From: a virus
Taxonomy: Duplodnaviria; Caudoviricetes
Virus record (IMG/VR): IMGVR_UViG_3300015607_004069
Coordinates: 1-64,000 of that record
Reading direction: 5' to 3' (one strand)
DNA: 64,000 bases
Positions 21,101 through 30,124 of this stretch are shown here, piece after piece (the first letter of the stretch is position 1; the number at the start of each line of letters is the position of its first letter). Under the pieces are notes generated by a model. The model searched no databases, was not told the origin of the DNA, and saw nothing but the letters and a program-made list of their open reading frames with translations. Made by a program: the position numbers and the translations under genes.

Positions 21101-21720
21101 AATCGTGGAGCGAACATGGGACTGATGCTGACGTTGTGGCTATTAAACAGAGAATTGATGAGATCACACGTTCACAGAACAATATCAAATGGTTGCCGAT
21201 CAAATCAATCAAAGATGGTTCCAGCAAACTAGTTGAAATCAGTATAGATCATGAAAGCCATGCGTATATTGCCAATGGCATATGGTCATCGAATAGCCAG
21301 ATTAGCAAGACAGTTATTTTAGCTCACATCAAAAAGGATTCGCGTGATCGTGTCAAAAAAGGTTTTTCGATTTATCGTAGCCATTTGAGACATAAAAGTG
21401 CGAGAAAACATCGTAGCAATATTACTGACAAGTCAGTTATTGAACAATTTGTGGAAGATGTCCGATTGGCGGTTAAACATGACAGTCGGTTTGACCAGTT
21501 ACCTGACTGTTTACTGGCTCTGGCTATGAATGATTCCAATCCTTATATGAACATCACTAATAAGTTAACCGATCTTTCTGGTCTGCCTCGTCAGACTATT
21601 AAATCATTTATGATGACGATTAAAAATATGTCTGGATCTTTTGTTTTGCCCACTGAGATATCAAAAATGCCGTCTTGGATGACCGAACATCAGCATCAGG
21701 AGAATGAAGATGCAGAATAA
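18061..21720 (+). CDS. Probable gp55-like late sigma factor precursor with two inteins (spliced product about 323 aa)
   Basis: Spliced extein MYFVNEKVEYAL..Y...DLHQIAW/CQIERVLYKF...KLFNMW/SQISKTVILAHIKKD resembles sigma70 region 2 / T4 gp55; lies just upstream of the terminase genes. Confidence 0.6.
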   Translation: MAQTSSNAISTLVKTGDKPVKPKVMYFVNEKVEYALTKYIWSGCTDVALRDMVMSNASELIRQVIKKQGLAEIYPGKEESSLGDLHQIAWCVCPNTIIITKSGIQPMYEMFCPSIYHISGGGVVPISDSQRNGEEPVVCPGKAVDVFGYHGLKSTTDFYLNLHNQPVRKVTSKYGYNLICSLDHPHRVLTKSGIKSIPTKKLKIGDLVGVQYNQQCFGNQDDINFVPKTTGGTTKDWNPPTKWTPDLAYIVGLLISEGSLEKYRTVIYNADQAVIDRLQNNSVGLEFKYDASNISSTTHCRRFAEFLEYIGLHQGMHSSTKMIPQCMLKCSKEIIVEMLRGMFDGDGHSNKNIGVVGYSSSSPELIEVLRVLLLNFGIVSKTSYSERGLCPNPKGGMSERLPEYQLLLSSEDSAKFYQSIGFGIPYKQVKAKSLTSQPWLLIDKITTKHLQDVLRDVSPATIRRVTGFKKRNLVKGKQMRLNTFAHVVITLELNQTDRFLANRLSEYIGNTDDSSKMIWLPVEDIEERENQLVVDIEVPDSGTFTANGIVTSNCQIERVLYKFRSYPHCRVCFNPDRPPDSLLYCQDDNEYGIVMIEELLENGISKCPNCGAVLSNDYCIEPETGIYGGSPTVLYRGPSKLFNMWCVSPETMLLTSNGIDTIGDVVSYSNAYPPKVYGPCGLQPVNGVLSKPETATRIIKTLLGYEIECSPEHGLYKLENGIPTRVEADTLKAGDLLGIQFNQQLFQNLDSLKDLPKYDTWNRPDLMTDELAYIVGLFVAEGSYSYGKLVIYNIDRDVIDTLVKNTLGLNFIHEPQFQRVSLCNVEFIDFMIKFGFPERTEATTKMIPRRMLLCSRELIAACLRGMFDGDGHSIKHNGCVGYTSTSKKLTAQVRMLLLNFGILTKISYDKRKIRKFIKKKTGRMYVSKLAEAAQLLLSASDSKRFYEKIGFGIDRKAVNVDGLTENNKEFHYCFNDHFRALYARYGCGSLGYDSIRRAIRTNHCTVKSAIAALESWSEHGTDADVVAIKQRIDEITRSQNNIKWLPIKSIKDGSSKLVEISIDHESHAYIANGIWSSNSQISKTVILAHIKKDSRDRVKKGFSIYRSHLRHKSARKHRSNITDKSVIEQFVEDVRLAVKHDSRFDQLPDCLLALAMNDSNPYMNITNKLTDLSGLPRQTIKSFMMTIKNMSGSFVLPTEISKMPSWMTEHQHQENEDAE
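18331..19719 (+). mobile_element. Intein 1 (463 aa) with LAGLIDADG homing endonuclease
   Basis: CVCPNT start; CSLDHPH block B; LAYIVGLLISEGS and MLRGMFDGDG; ends VVDIEVPDSGTFTANGIVTSN + Cys. Confidence 0.92.
19996..21294 (+). mobile_element. Intein 2 (433 aa) with LAGLIDADG homing endonuclease
   Basis: CVSPET start; ECSPEHGL block B; LAYIVGLFVAEGS and CLRGMFDGDG; ends SHAYIANGIWSSN + Ser. Confidence 0.92.
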
Positions 21721-22324
21721 ATGTGTGAAATGCGAGAGTGTCGAATTTAATCAGGAATGTTATTTGTGCAGAGCCGCCCAGATGATCGTTGAGAATAATG
21801 AAGTTTCAGATGAAAATATATGTCTTATGTTGACTGAAGCTATTGTCAAATCAATCAAGGAAAGATTAAATCGACGTACCAGAAAGACTATCGGACCAAG
21901 ACAGCCAAAACCGGAAATGAAAGGCGTAGTCAAGAAGAGCGGTAATAATGATCCGACTGTGGGCAGAGGAGACTTCGCTAGCGGCACTGTGGCCAAGGAA
22001 AAACAGAATCAGGATCAAGCAGACGATTATCTCGCGAAGACCATGGCAGAACAGAGACGAATTATAAAACACAAATACCATAAGCTTGATGAGAACCTGT
22101 CTGATCCTCGCGTCGTCAGTCTGCTGAATGAAATCTGTACCACAGGAACAGGTTATGCTGATCAAGACGTGATAGATAAAGTGGGCAATACCATTGATAA
22201 TCTAGCTGATGTCAATGACGGCATAATCACCCATAAGGATGTCAAATTCCAATGGGATCAGGAGAAGGCTAATGGCTGGCGAGAACTCATTAAGCAAACC
22301 AAATCAGTCCCTAGTGACAGATAA
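21704..22324 (+). CDS. Hypothetical protein with N-terminal CxxC..CxxC
   Basis: 206-aa ORF, AGGAG RBS, overlaps the preceding stop. Confidence 0.65.
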   Translation: MKMQNKCVKCESVEFNQECYLCRAAQMIVENNEVSDENICLMLTEAIVKSIKERLNRRTRKTIGPRQPKPEMKGVVKKSGNNDPTVGRGDFASGTVAKEKQNQDQADDYLAKTMAEQRRIIKHKYHKLDENLSDPRVVSLLNEICTTGTGYADQDVIDKVGNTIDNLADVNDGIITHKDVKFQWDQEKANGWRELIKQTKSVPSDR

Positions 22325-22760
22325 TCAATCACCAGCTGATAATCGATCAGCCAATTTGGCTGATATTGGCACTGCTTTTATACTGAAGACCGTTCATGAC
22401 TATGATACGCATGGCGCACGACTGCTTGAGTTATGGAAGAGAGAGCACGAAGAATTGGATGATATTATCAGTGAATTGAAGGATATAGCCGGGTTGAATG
22501 GTGTAGAAAATTCAATGGGTCAGGTGGATAGAGGCATGCCAGTTATGGAAGCCTTATCTCAGACCCTTAAAACTAGAACAGAGCACAGTGGTGTATTGCA
22601 AAAACACCTAGAATCACGAACGAAATTCATAGCTGCATTGAAAGCTGCGTCCTCGGTCGTGATCAATGTTGATAATAACGGGGTTGACAAATCTGGCATT
22701 GATGTTGAATTGCAAGATATTCTTAATAACTCTGATACTCACAACTATGATGAGGATTAA
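22272..22760 (+). CDS. Putative terminase small subunit
   Basis: Helical protein of about 160 aa immediately upstream of TerL; AGGAG before ATG 22272; assignment by position only. Confidence 0.45.
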   Translation: MAGENSLSKPNQSLVTDNQSPADNRSANLADIGTAFILKTVHDYDTHGARLLELWKREHEELDDIISELKDIAGLNGVENSMGQVDRGMPVMEALSQTLKTRTEHSGVLQKHLESRTKFIAALKAASSVVINVDNNGVDKSGIDVELQDILNNSDTHNYDED

Positions 22761-22762
22761 CT

Positions 22763-24664
22763 GTGGCTAGACTGACTTCCACACAGAGGGCAATTGTAGA
22801 GAGATGTAGGAATGATCCTATTTTCTTTATTGACAATTTTATGAAGGTCAAGCACCCTAAGGCTGGTCTGCTTCCGTTTAAGACTTGGGGATATCAGCAG
22901 AGAATTGTAAAAGCTACCAGAAAACACAGATTTAACATAACTCAGAAGCCTCGTCAGGCTGGTGTGTCGAAGATAGCAGGCGCTCTGTGCCTGCATACTG
23001 GCTTATTCAGTACGCATGCTAAAGTCTTAATTGTGTCTAGAAAAGACGATGATGCTATGGACTTCTTGTCCGATAATGTCAAGATTCCGTTTTTTAATTT
23101 GCCAGAATGGATGCAAGCGATCTGGGGTGAGCCAAAAAACAATGAGCATGAGTTAGAATTCAAGAGCAATGGTTCTCAAATTAGGTCTTTGACTTCTAAT
23201 CCGAATGTTTTGCGTTCACACGCCAGTACATTCAATGTGATTGATGAGGCCGCTCACATTCAGGGCATGGGCAACCTCTGGGCTTCAGGCTGGTCTACGT
23301 TGCAGCATGGTGGTCGTGTCTTGGCTATTTCGACCACTAATGGTATAGGTGACTGGTTTTGGGCTACCTGTACTGAAGCTGAAGCCGGTATCAATGTATT
23401 CAATCTGATTAAGATTGATTGGACAGAAATGACATGGGCTATTGAATTCAAAGACAATATCACAAATAAGATGGTCCGTATCGCTCCTACGGATGGCATC
23501 AGAAAATGTGTGACTAAGGAAGAGATTGAGAAATATGGTGAGTACTGGTCGCCATGGCTGGAAGAACAATATAAGGGTCTAGTGGAGAAGGGTGAACCTT
23601 GGAAGTTCGAGCAGGAAGTACTGGCACGGTTTGTTGGATCTGGTCGCACTATTATCGATAAGATGGCGATAGCCAATGCTAAATTGAATATCGCTGATGA
23701 ATACGAAAAAGTAACCTCTAATGCGACTGTCTTCTATATCAGGGGCAATCAGGAAGAGGAATTTTCCTTTGATATTGATGAGCCGAAGCAGGGCCTGTAC
23801 ATCTGGGAGCATCCGCCAGAGGGCGATGGTGTATCTAATTATGTCATCGGGGTTGATTTTGCAACTGGTAAGGGAAATGACTACCATGGTCTTCAGGTAT
23901 TAAATTCTGATACTAGAAGCCAAGCAGCCGAATTGATGATCAGGAATAAACCTCATGAATTTCTGCGTATGCTGGTGTGGTTGGCGATTTATTATAAGAT
24001 GGCGTTGATAGTTCCGGAGCGAAATAACGGTGGCGATCCGTTGATTGATAATCTGCTGTATGATTGGGGCTATACTAATATCTGGCGTGAAATCAAGCCG
24101 AATACCAATCCTAGGTCAAAGAATAAAGAGGTGTCTTATGGTAAGCATGGCTTCTTTACTAGTGAGACATCTAAGGCGACTATCGTTCGTGCTCTGAATC
24201 AGAATATAACAGCAGATGAGAATACTTTTAAGGTCTATAGCAGGCGTTTGATTGAGCAGTTTGAAATATTTATTAGGCGCAAGGACAAGTCTGGTAGAGA
24301 TACTGGCCAGATCGGTGCCGAAGCCGGACCCGGAAATTTTGATGATTTGGTTATGGCCTTTGGTCTGGGCTTGATTGGTTGTCGTGATGCCATGCCAATT
24401 GATAAGGAGATAATGCAGATCTGGAGGTCTGACAGGCTCCCATCGCAGAGTGCAATTGGTGTTATCAATAAGCCTAATAATGGTCAGAGTATGAGGACTC
24501 AAATATCTAAGCTGTCCGATTTGACCAAGTCTTATTTGCCTGCGCTGGTTGGTGAGCAGTCAAATGACTATGACCCTAGTGAAGATATATTGAGTAGCGT
24601 ACTTAAATCGGTGGGCGAACTGAATGTTCCAGCTGTTGTGGCCCCTAAGCATCGCTTTAAATAG
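22763..24664 (+). CDS. terL: Terminase large subunit (T4 gp17-like)
   Basis: DPIFFIDNF, KPRQAGVS Walker A, VIDEAAH Walker B, ISTTNG, IGVDFATG and DDLVMA nuclease motifs. Confidence 0.95.
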   Translation: MARLTSTQRAIVERCRNDPIFFIDNFMKVKHPKAGLLPFKTWGYQQRIVKATRKHRFNITQKPRQAGVSKIAGALCLHTGLFSTHAKVLIVSRKDDDAMDFLSDNVKIPFFNLPEWMQAIWGEPKNNEHELEFKSNGSQIRSLTSNPNVLRSHASTFNVIDEAAHIQGMGNLWASGWSTLQHGGRVLAISTTNGIGDWFWATCTEAEAGINVFNLIKIDWTEMTWAIEFKDNITNKMVRIAPTDGIRKCVTKEEIEKYGEYWSPWLEEQYKGLVEKGEPWKFEQEVLARFVGSGRTIIDKMAIANAKLNIADEYEKVTSNATVFYIRGNQEEEFSFDIDEPKQGLYIWEHPPEGDGVSNYVIGVDFATGKGNDYHGLQVLNSDTRSQAAELMIRNKPHEFLRMLVWLAIYYKMALIVPERNNGGDPLIDNLLYDWGYTNIWREIKPNTNPRSKNKEVSYGKHGFFTSETSKATIVRALNQNITADENTFKVYSRRLIEQFEIFIRRKDKSGRDTGQIGAEAGPGNFDDLVMAFGLGLIGCRDAMPIDKEIMQIWRSDRLPSQSAIGVINKPNNGQSMRTQISKLSDLTKSYLPALVGEQSNDYDPSEDILSSVLKSVGELNVPAVVAPKHRFK

Positions 24665-24673
24665 GGCGTTGAA

Positions 24674-26632
24674 ATGAGTTTCAATTGGGCAATGTGGGAT
24701 AGAATACGTCTTCTCAATAAGACGCATAGACTATATCAGAATGATAGGACTATTCAGGATCAGACATCTCTTTCTACTATAGGAAGAGATTTAGGAATAA
24801 ACAATCTTCGGCGTTCACAGCTATCCGCTGACAGTCTATTTGCCACTCAGACAAACCGGTTTGCACGATATCGCGATTATGAGATGATGGACCATGGCGA
24901 ATTAGCCTTGGCTTTAGATATCCATGCTCAGGAATCATGCATTACCGATCCTGAGACTGGTCACTCGTTGATAATCAAAGCATCTAGTTCAGTAGTAAAA
25001 AAGGAACTGGAAGAACTCTTTTTTAACACTTTGAATTGGGATAGTGTTGCCTATGCAGCTGCTAGATACCTATGCAAATATGGCGACAACCCTTTCGAAA
25101 TCATACCGACAGTAGAGCGTGATGGTGTGGCGGCAATTAAACACATTGAAGTCAGAGAGTTCACCAGACTAGAAACACGCAATGGCGATCTGATTGGTTT
25201 CTTCTATAGCCCAGAATTGGCTACCAACCAGCCAGTTTTTATGCATCCATGGCGTATGGTTCATATGCGTCTTGATTGTCTGGAGAAGGACTTCAAGCCA
25301 TATGGTATGTCTATTATCGACAGATCACGATCAGACGCTAAGCGTGTGCGCCTGGTATCGGAAGGTGCTATAATCTATCGATTGACACGAGCCACAGAAC
25401 GCAAGAAATTCAAGATTCCTATCGGAAACATTCCAGCCAAGGAAATACCAGAATATTTGAACGTCATTGCTAGAGCCTATAAACGGAAACGCATCTTCGA
25501 TCCTAGAACCGGCACTTTCGATGAGAAATACTCTCCGCTGATTCAGGAAGATGATTTCTTTCTGCCGCAACGGCCAGATGGTCAAGGCATTGACATTGAT
25601 AATCTGCCGGGCGGAGCCAATCTCGATAAAATCGATGATTTGGAATACTTCAAGAAGCAGATGATTGCCCCTACGAATATTCCTCCTGCGATGCTAGGAG
25701 TAGGTGAAGGTGCTGGCCAGCCAACCAAGGAACCATTGTATTCTATTTCTTATCATTTTGCCAGATCTATTGAGCGAGTACAAAGAGCTATAGCCCTTGG
25801 ACTAAAGAAAATAGCTATTGTTCACTTACTATTGCGCGGTTACTCTATAAATGATGTCAAAAATGTCGATCTGTATCTGCCTATTGGGTCTGCCATTGAA
25901 GAATTATATAGGATGGAAACATGGCAGACTCGCGTCAGTGTGATGGCTGATTTGAAGGATCTAGAGTGGTTTCCTAAGGAATGGATTGTTACGAAGTTCA
26001 CTGATCTAACACCAGATGAGATCATTGAATTGAATGAAATGATCAAGATGATGGGTGCAGATCCTGCAGCCGTCAGTGATGGATCTGGTGGTGGCGGTGG
26101 AGGCGGTGGTGGTCTACCTGATATTGGTGATCCTGAAGATGCTTTAGCTGATGTTGAGAATTTAGATCAGTTGGGTAATGATTTAGATGCTGCGGGCGAC
26201 GAAGGTTTGGATAATGCACCTGCTGAAATGGCTGCGATTGAAGAGGACGTAAGGCAGCAGTCTAGGATGCGGAAGAAACGTCAGATGCTTAAGATTCTAA
26301 GCGAATGGCATATGAAAAAGGTCAGCAACAGGACTCTGGCCAGCGGATATAATTACATGAATTGCGCCGGTGAATTCAGACTTATTACTGAGTCTAAACG
26401 CACCAGCGACGGAGAATACAAGCTGCTTTCCGAGTCGGTAGTTTCTGAAATAGATAATCGTTCCTTCGGATATAACAATGATGAGATTAAAATGATCACC
26501 AAAGTTGCTACTATTTTGTATAGGAATAACAAAAAGCAAGTCCCCGGTGCTTTAGTGACAGAATCTGTTGATATTGCCGCCTTGAATGAAGTAATTGCAG
26601 GCGATAAGATATTAATTAAATCAAATATATAA
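24674..26632 (+). CDS. Portal protein (T4 gp20-like)
   Basis: RYRDYEMMD, KYGDNPF, PYGMSII, IIYRLTRA.ER..F.I.IGN.P, EDDFFLP.R, LPGGANL..IDD.EYF. Confidence 0.93.
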   Translation: MSFNWAMWDRIRLLNKTHRLYQNDRTIQDQTSLSTIGRDLGINNLRRSQLSADSLFATQTNRFARYRDYEMMDHGELALALDIHAQESCITDPETGHSLIIKASSSVVKKELEELFFNTLNWDSVAYAAARYLCKYGDNPFEIIPTVERDGVAAIKHIEVREFTRLETRNGDLIGFFYSPELATNQPVFMHPWRMVHMRLDCLEKDFKPYGMSIIDRSRSDAKRVRLVSEGAIIYRLTRATERKKFKIPIGNIPAKEIPEYLNVIARAYKRKRIFDPRTGTFDEKYSPLIQEDDFFLPQRPDGQGIDIDNLPGGANLDKIDDLEYFKKQMIAPTNIPPAMLGVGEGAGQPTKEPLYSISYHFARSIERVQRAIALGLKKIAIVHLLLRGYSINDVKNVDLYLPIGSAIEELYRMETWQTRVSVMADLKDLEWFPKEWIVTKFTDLTPDEIIELNEMIKMMGADPAAVSDGSGGGGGGGGGLPDIGDPEDALADVENLDQLGNDLDAAGDEGLDNAPAEMAAIEEDVRQQSRMRKKRQMLKILSEWHMKKVSNRTLASGYNYMNCAGEFRLITESKRTSDGEYKLLSESVVSEIDNRSFGYNNDEIKMITKVATILYRNNKKQVPGALVTESVDIAALNEVIAGDKILIKSNI

Positions 26633-26635
26633 ATA
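26628..26635 (+). promoter_or_regulatory. T4-type late promoter TATAAATA
   Basis: Exact T4 late consensus upstream of the scaffold-like gene, followed by a small GCCGTA/TACGGC hairpin. Confidence 0.55.
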
Positions 26636-26727
26636 TTCAGGCCGTATTTGGGCTACGGCACCTGCGCGTGGTGAAGTCAACCATATCGCGAAGCACAAAG
26701 CAGCCCTATCAAACGAAAGACTGGACC

Positions 26728-29229
26728 ATGGCTAAGACAACCGCAACTACAATGGATAGCAGAAAATATCTGACTATCGTCAATAATTCACCTTTTGCTA
26801 TTGCACGAGTAGTAACAGAATCATTCAAAGCACAGACTGGCCTGAAGGATGTAATGCCGGTCGGTTTCGATGGCAACCGTTTGATGGTTGAAGATACCAA
26901 ACGTGGCATCCACTATGCTGTCAATTTCGCTCCAAAACGTGGCGACTATGTTATCGAGTCCTACGAACCATTAAATCTGATGAATGGTGATCGCTCGGAA
27001 ACCTACACAGCCAATTGCTTGAGCCTTGTAGAATCCTTGCTTGCCGACAAGCAGGATCAGAACAAGATCAGCGAATCGTTCTACAGAATCGCTGGTAACC
27101 GATATTCTCGAAAATCAATTCCTAGCCACGGCATCGTGAAAACACGTGATGGTGTTGTGCATAAGATCGCTGTTTTTGAAGAAATTCAGAAACGCAAGAA
27201 AACAGCACTGGCTGAAAGCATCGGCAGAGCATACAAGGCCGGTTCAAAGATCCTCAATGAGGATTCGACTGCCGCAATTGGTAATGTCAAGTTTGCACTG
27301 CATCGCTACCGTGCACGTTGCATGAGAACCATCGCTGAAAGTGCCAGCAAGGATGCTGGTTTCAATAATGTTGTGGCCCATATTGCCAATCAGGTGAATA
27401 ACCACGACCTTGCCAAGGGCGTGTCTATCGCCAAGAACTTCCTGCGAGAATTTCAGGAATTTTCCACGCTGGACAAGGCCAAGTTTACCAACCTGATTGA
27501 AGAATCCTGTGCGGCTTCCGGCATCCTGAATGATGACCTCATTCGCGACACTGCGGAACTGATGTGGCGAACCAATATTGGTGTAAATAGCAAAGCAATC
27601 GTCAAGGAATGGCGAATTGCTGCTCAGAATTCCGGCAATACGACATTGCTGGAAAACGTCTCGATTCTTGCCGATACACCCAATGGTCTTGATCACTACG
27701 ATCAATTCATCAATGCCATATTCTGTGAGGGCGTGACAGGGCCAAACCAGATTCAGGCTGGTGCCTATAAGACTGCATTGCAGGCTTTGTTGAATGTGCC
27801 TACCATCAGTGGTGAGCCAGCAATGAAGAATCATATTGTCGATCTGATGGAAAGATTGACAAGAACCGGTGACCAGCATGCGATTCTGGAAGCCGAAGAA
27901 GTGCTGGCTAATGCCAACAGCGAGGCACAAGGTGCTGGCATTAATCTAGAAAATTTCGATGCCGTCAACGACATAGTTGACATGCCTGATCTGTCGCCAG
28001 AAGCGGAAGAGAATAAAGAGAAGGCTGGTAGTGGTAACGTAGTATTCAATATTAACATCAGTGGAGACGGTAAGTCTGTCGATGTTAATAATGAAGATGC
28101 TCTTCAAGACGCTACTCCTCCAGCGCCTCCGGCTCCTCCAGCCCCTGAGAATGCCATTGGCGACACTGGCGGCATGCCAACCCCATCTCCCGGCAGCATG
28201 TCTGGTGGTGGTCCCGGCCAACAAGCCGGTCAGGTCACCTTCGAAAGCTATAATCAGTATGCTAATGTGCTAACTGAACACGTTGGCAGACCTCCAATGT
28301 TCTTTGGGCACGATTATGGTGTCAGTCCGCTGTCTTATGAAGACACTGTAGCAGCTACTGCAGTGTTGAAGGGCATACTGGCTGAGAGCCTTGATAGCGA
28401 TGCGAACTTGACTGCTCTGGCTATCAGTGCGATCACCAAGTCGAATTTTGTAATCCCCAAAAATCGACTTGAAGAAGCCGCCAAGAGTGTGGTAGATAGC
28501 TTTGTGGCTTCAAATCGCAGCGTGTTAGAAGAAGATCAGTACAAATTCCCACGCATTAAGAAGACTGGCCTGAAGAGGAGTTCAATTAAAGCCGAGAAAG
28601 AAGCGGCTTCAGAAGCATCGCCTGCCAAGTCTGATACTGTGGATGAGTCCTACGTCTACACGCATCATGACGGTACAGCCGTCCTGATCGAAGGCAATAA
28701 CTCACAGTATTTTGTCAGCAATCTGTCTGGTACTATCAAGGAACCGGTTCCGACTAATGTGGTGAGCAGCATGCTCTTCGCTGTGAAGGCTAGCGATTCC
28801 GGCGATCCCAAGATTTTCGAAGATTGGGTTGGCCAAGGTATCGATCAGTTCTTGCTGGATGAGTCAGCCACCATTGTGACTGTTGATGAAGACGGCACAG
28901 TCTCGGTCGATCAATCTGATGACGACACTGGTGAGACGATCAATATCGCCGAAATCAAGCCAGTTGTTGATGATCACTGTATGACTGCCAGTGGATCTGA
29001 TGATGGTTTTGGTGGTGATAGTGAGTTTCCTGAAAATGAAGGATTCGATGATTTCTCTACGGAGGAAACAGTTGATACTGAAACTGCCGCTACTGATGCG
29101 ATAGACAGTGTTGACAATGAGAATGAAGTCGAACCTGAAGGCATGGAAACAGACGGAGACAATGATGAAGATGATGAAGATGAAGACGATGAACCATCGA
29201 AGGGTGGCATGCCATTTGACAAAGAGTAA
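26728..29229 (+). CDS. Large acidic prohead core/scaffold-like protein
   Basis: Follows portal; many xxE(S) motifs, Pro-rich linker, strongly acidic C-terminus; ATG 26728 has GGA RBS (track start 26668). Confidence 0.5.
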   Translation: MAKTTATTMDSRKYLTIVNNSPFAIARVVTESFKAQTGLKDVMPVGFDGNRLMVEDTKRGIHYAVNFAPKRGDYVIESYEPLNLMNGDRSETYTANCLSLVESLLADKQDQNKISESFYRIAGNRYSRKSIPSHGIVKTRDGVVHKIAVFEEIQKRKKTALAESIGRAYKAGSKILNEDSTAAIGNVKFALHRYRARCMRTIAESASKDAGFNNVVAHIANQVNNHDLAKGVSIAKNFLREFQEFSTLDKAKFTNLIEESCAASGILNDDLIRDTAELMWRTNIGVNSKAIVKEWRIAAQNSGNTTLLENVSILADTPNGLDHYDQFINAIFCEGVTGPNQIQAGAYKTALQALLNVPTISGEPAMKNHIVDLMERLTRTGDQHAILEAEEVLANANSEAQGAGINLENFDAVNDIVDMPDLSPEAEENKEKAGSGNVVFNINISGDGKSVDVNNEDALQDATPPAPPAPPAPENAIGDTGGMPTPSPGSMSGGGPGQQAGQVTFESYNQYANVLTEHVGRPPMFFGHDYGVSPLSYEDTVAATAVLKGILAESLDSDANLTALAISAITKSNFVIPKNRLEEAAKSVVDSFVASNRSVLEEDQYKFPRIKKTGLKRSSIKAEKEAASEASPAKSDTVDESYVYTHHDGTAVLIEGNNSQYFVSNLSGTIKEPVPTNVVSSMLFAVKASDSGDPKIFEDWVGQGIDQFLLDESATIVTVDEDGTVSVDQSDDDTGETINIAEIKPVVDDHCMTASGSDDGFGGDSEFPENEGFDDFSTEETVDTETAATDAIDSVDNENEVEPEGMETDGDNDEDDEDEDDEPSKGGMPFDKE

Positions 29230-29232
29230 TCA

Positions 29233-29514
29233 ATGTCGATTCTGAATCAGATAAATGATTCTATAACTGACCTGCTCGCCAGAAGAAACGTTTCTTCTGG
29301 CGGTGCTGTATCACCACATAATGCCATTGAGTATTTTGGTGGTATAATGGTTCCAATGTTGCCCTATGAACCAGATCCAGTTACTTTTCGTGAGCAATAT
29401 TATTATAATTCGACTCTAAATATGTTATTCACTAAAGCTGGCACTGCTGACAATGCAAAAGTCTGTAAAACAAGAGTATTCTGGGCAAGAGCAAGGACTA
29501 GACAAAGTCTATAG
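29233..29514 (+). CDS. Hypothetical protein
   Basis: 93-aa ORF 3 nt after the previous stop. Confidence 0.6.
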   Translation: MSILNQINDSITDLLARRNVSSGGAVSPHNAIEYFGGIMVPMLPYEPDPVTFREQYYYNSTLNMLFTKAGTADNAKVCKTRVFWARARTRQSL

Positions 29515-30124
29515 TGACGCTGTCAAATCAAGGACAGTCATCAGAGCCATTCTGGCTAATACTTCTAGCCATGTCGATTTTGCTGATTTTGGTCAAGTCA
29601 GGAAATGGATTTGGGAAAATCGATTTGTCTATACTATGTTAGATATGGCATATGTATCGAAAATTCCTAAGGATCGATTGAGGAATATTATTTATGGTGT
29701 AGGGCTTGCTTATCCTAGGGCTGTTGTCAGCGGGCGTGCGCTGATGAAAATCGTACAGCCAGCCGATTTTCCTTCATTTCCAGTGACGACTGAATGGCTG
29801 ACATACGCTTTAAATAAGTATACTAAAGGTGCTATCGCTAATATTCTGAATGTGAATTATCTCAATTTCATTAAAATATTGAAGAGCAATGGATTGAAGG
29901 TAGGAATAAAGCCAGAGGCTATCTCAGAGATTCAATTTAGGCAAATGCTGCTGGAGACTAATTCGCTCATGCGCAATAGAAAGTCTGATTTAGCTGCTAA
30001 ATACGGTATCGTCTTAGTCAACAAGAAGTCAAAGAGTAAAAAGCATGTTGTTAGACATGAGAAAATTTCAGCGTTTATTTCAAAGCCTAAAAATCATAGC
30101 TGTGAGACTGGAAAGGGCAAATGA
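29453..30124 (+). CDS. Hypothetical basic protein
   Basis: 223-aa ORF in the operon. Confidence 0.6.
   Translation: MQKSVKQEYSGQEQGLDKVYSDAVKSRTVIRAILANTSSHVDFADFGQVRKWIWENRFVYTMLDMAYVSKIPKDRLRNIIYGVGLAYPRAVVSGRALMKIVQPADFPSFPVTTEWLTYALNKYTKGAIANILNVNYLNFIKILKSNGLKVGIKPEAISEIQFRQMLLETNSLMRNRKSDLAAKYGIVLVNKKSKSKKHVVRHEKISAFISKPKNHSCETGKGK

Noticed and set aside
22763-26632. Inteins or introns in terminase, portal (or nrdJ)
   Set aside because: No C...HN/SN splicing motifs and conserved motifs are contiguous
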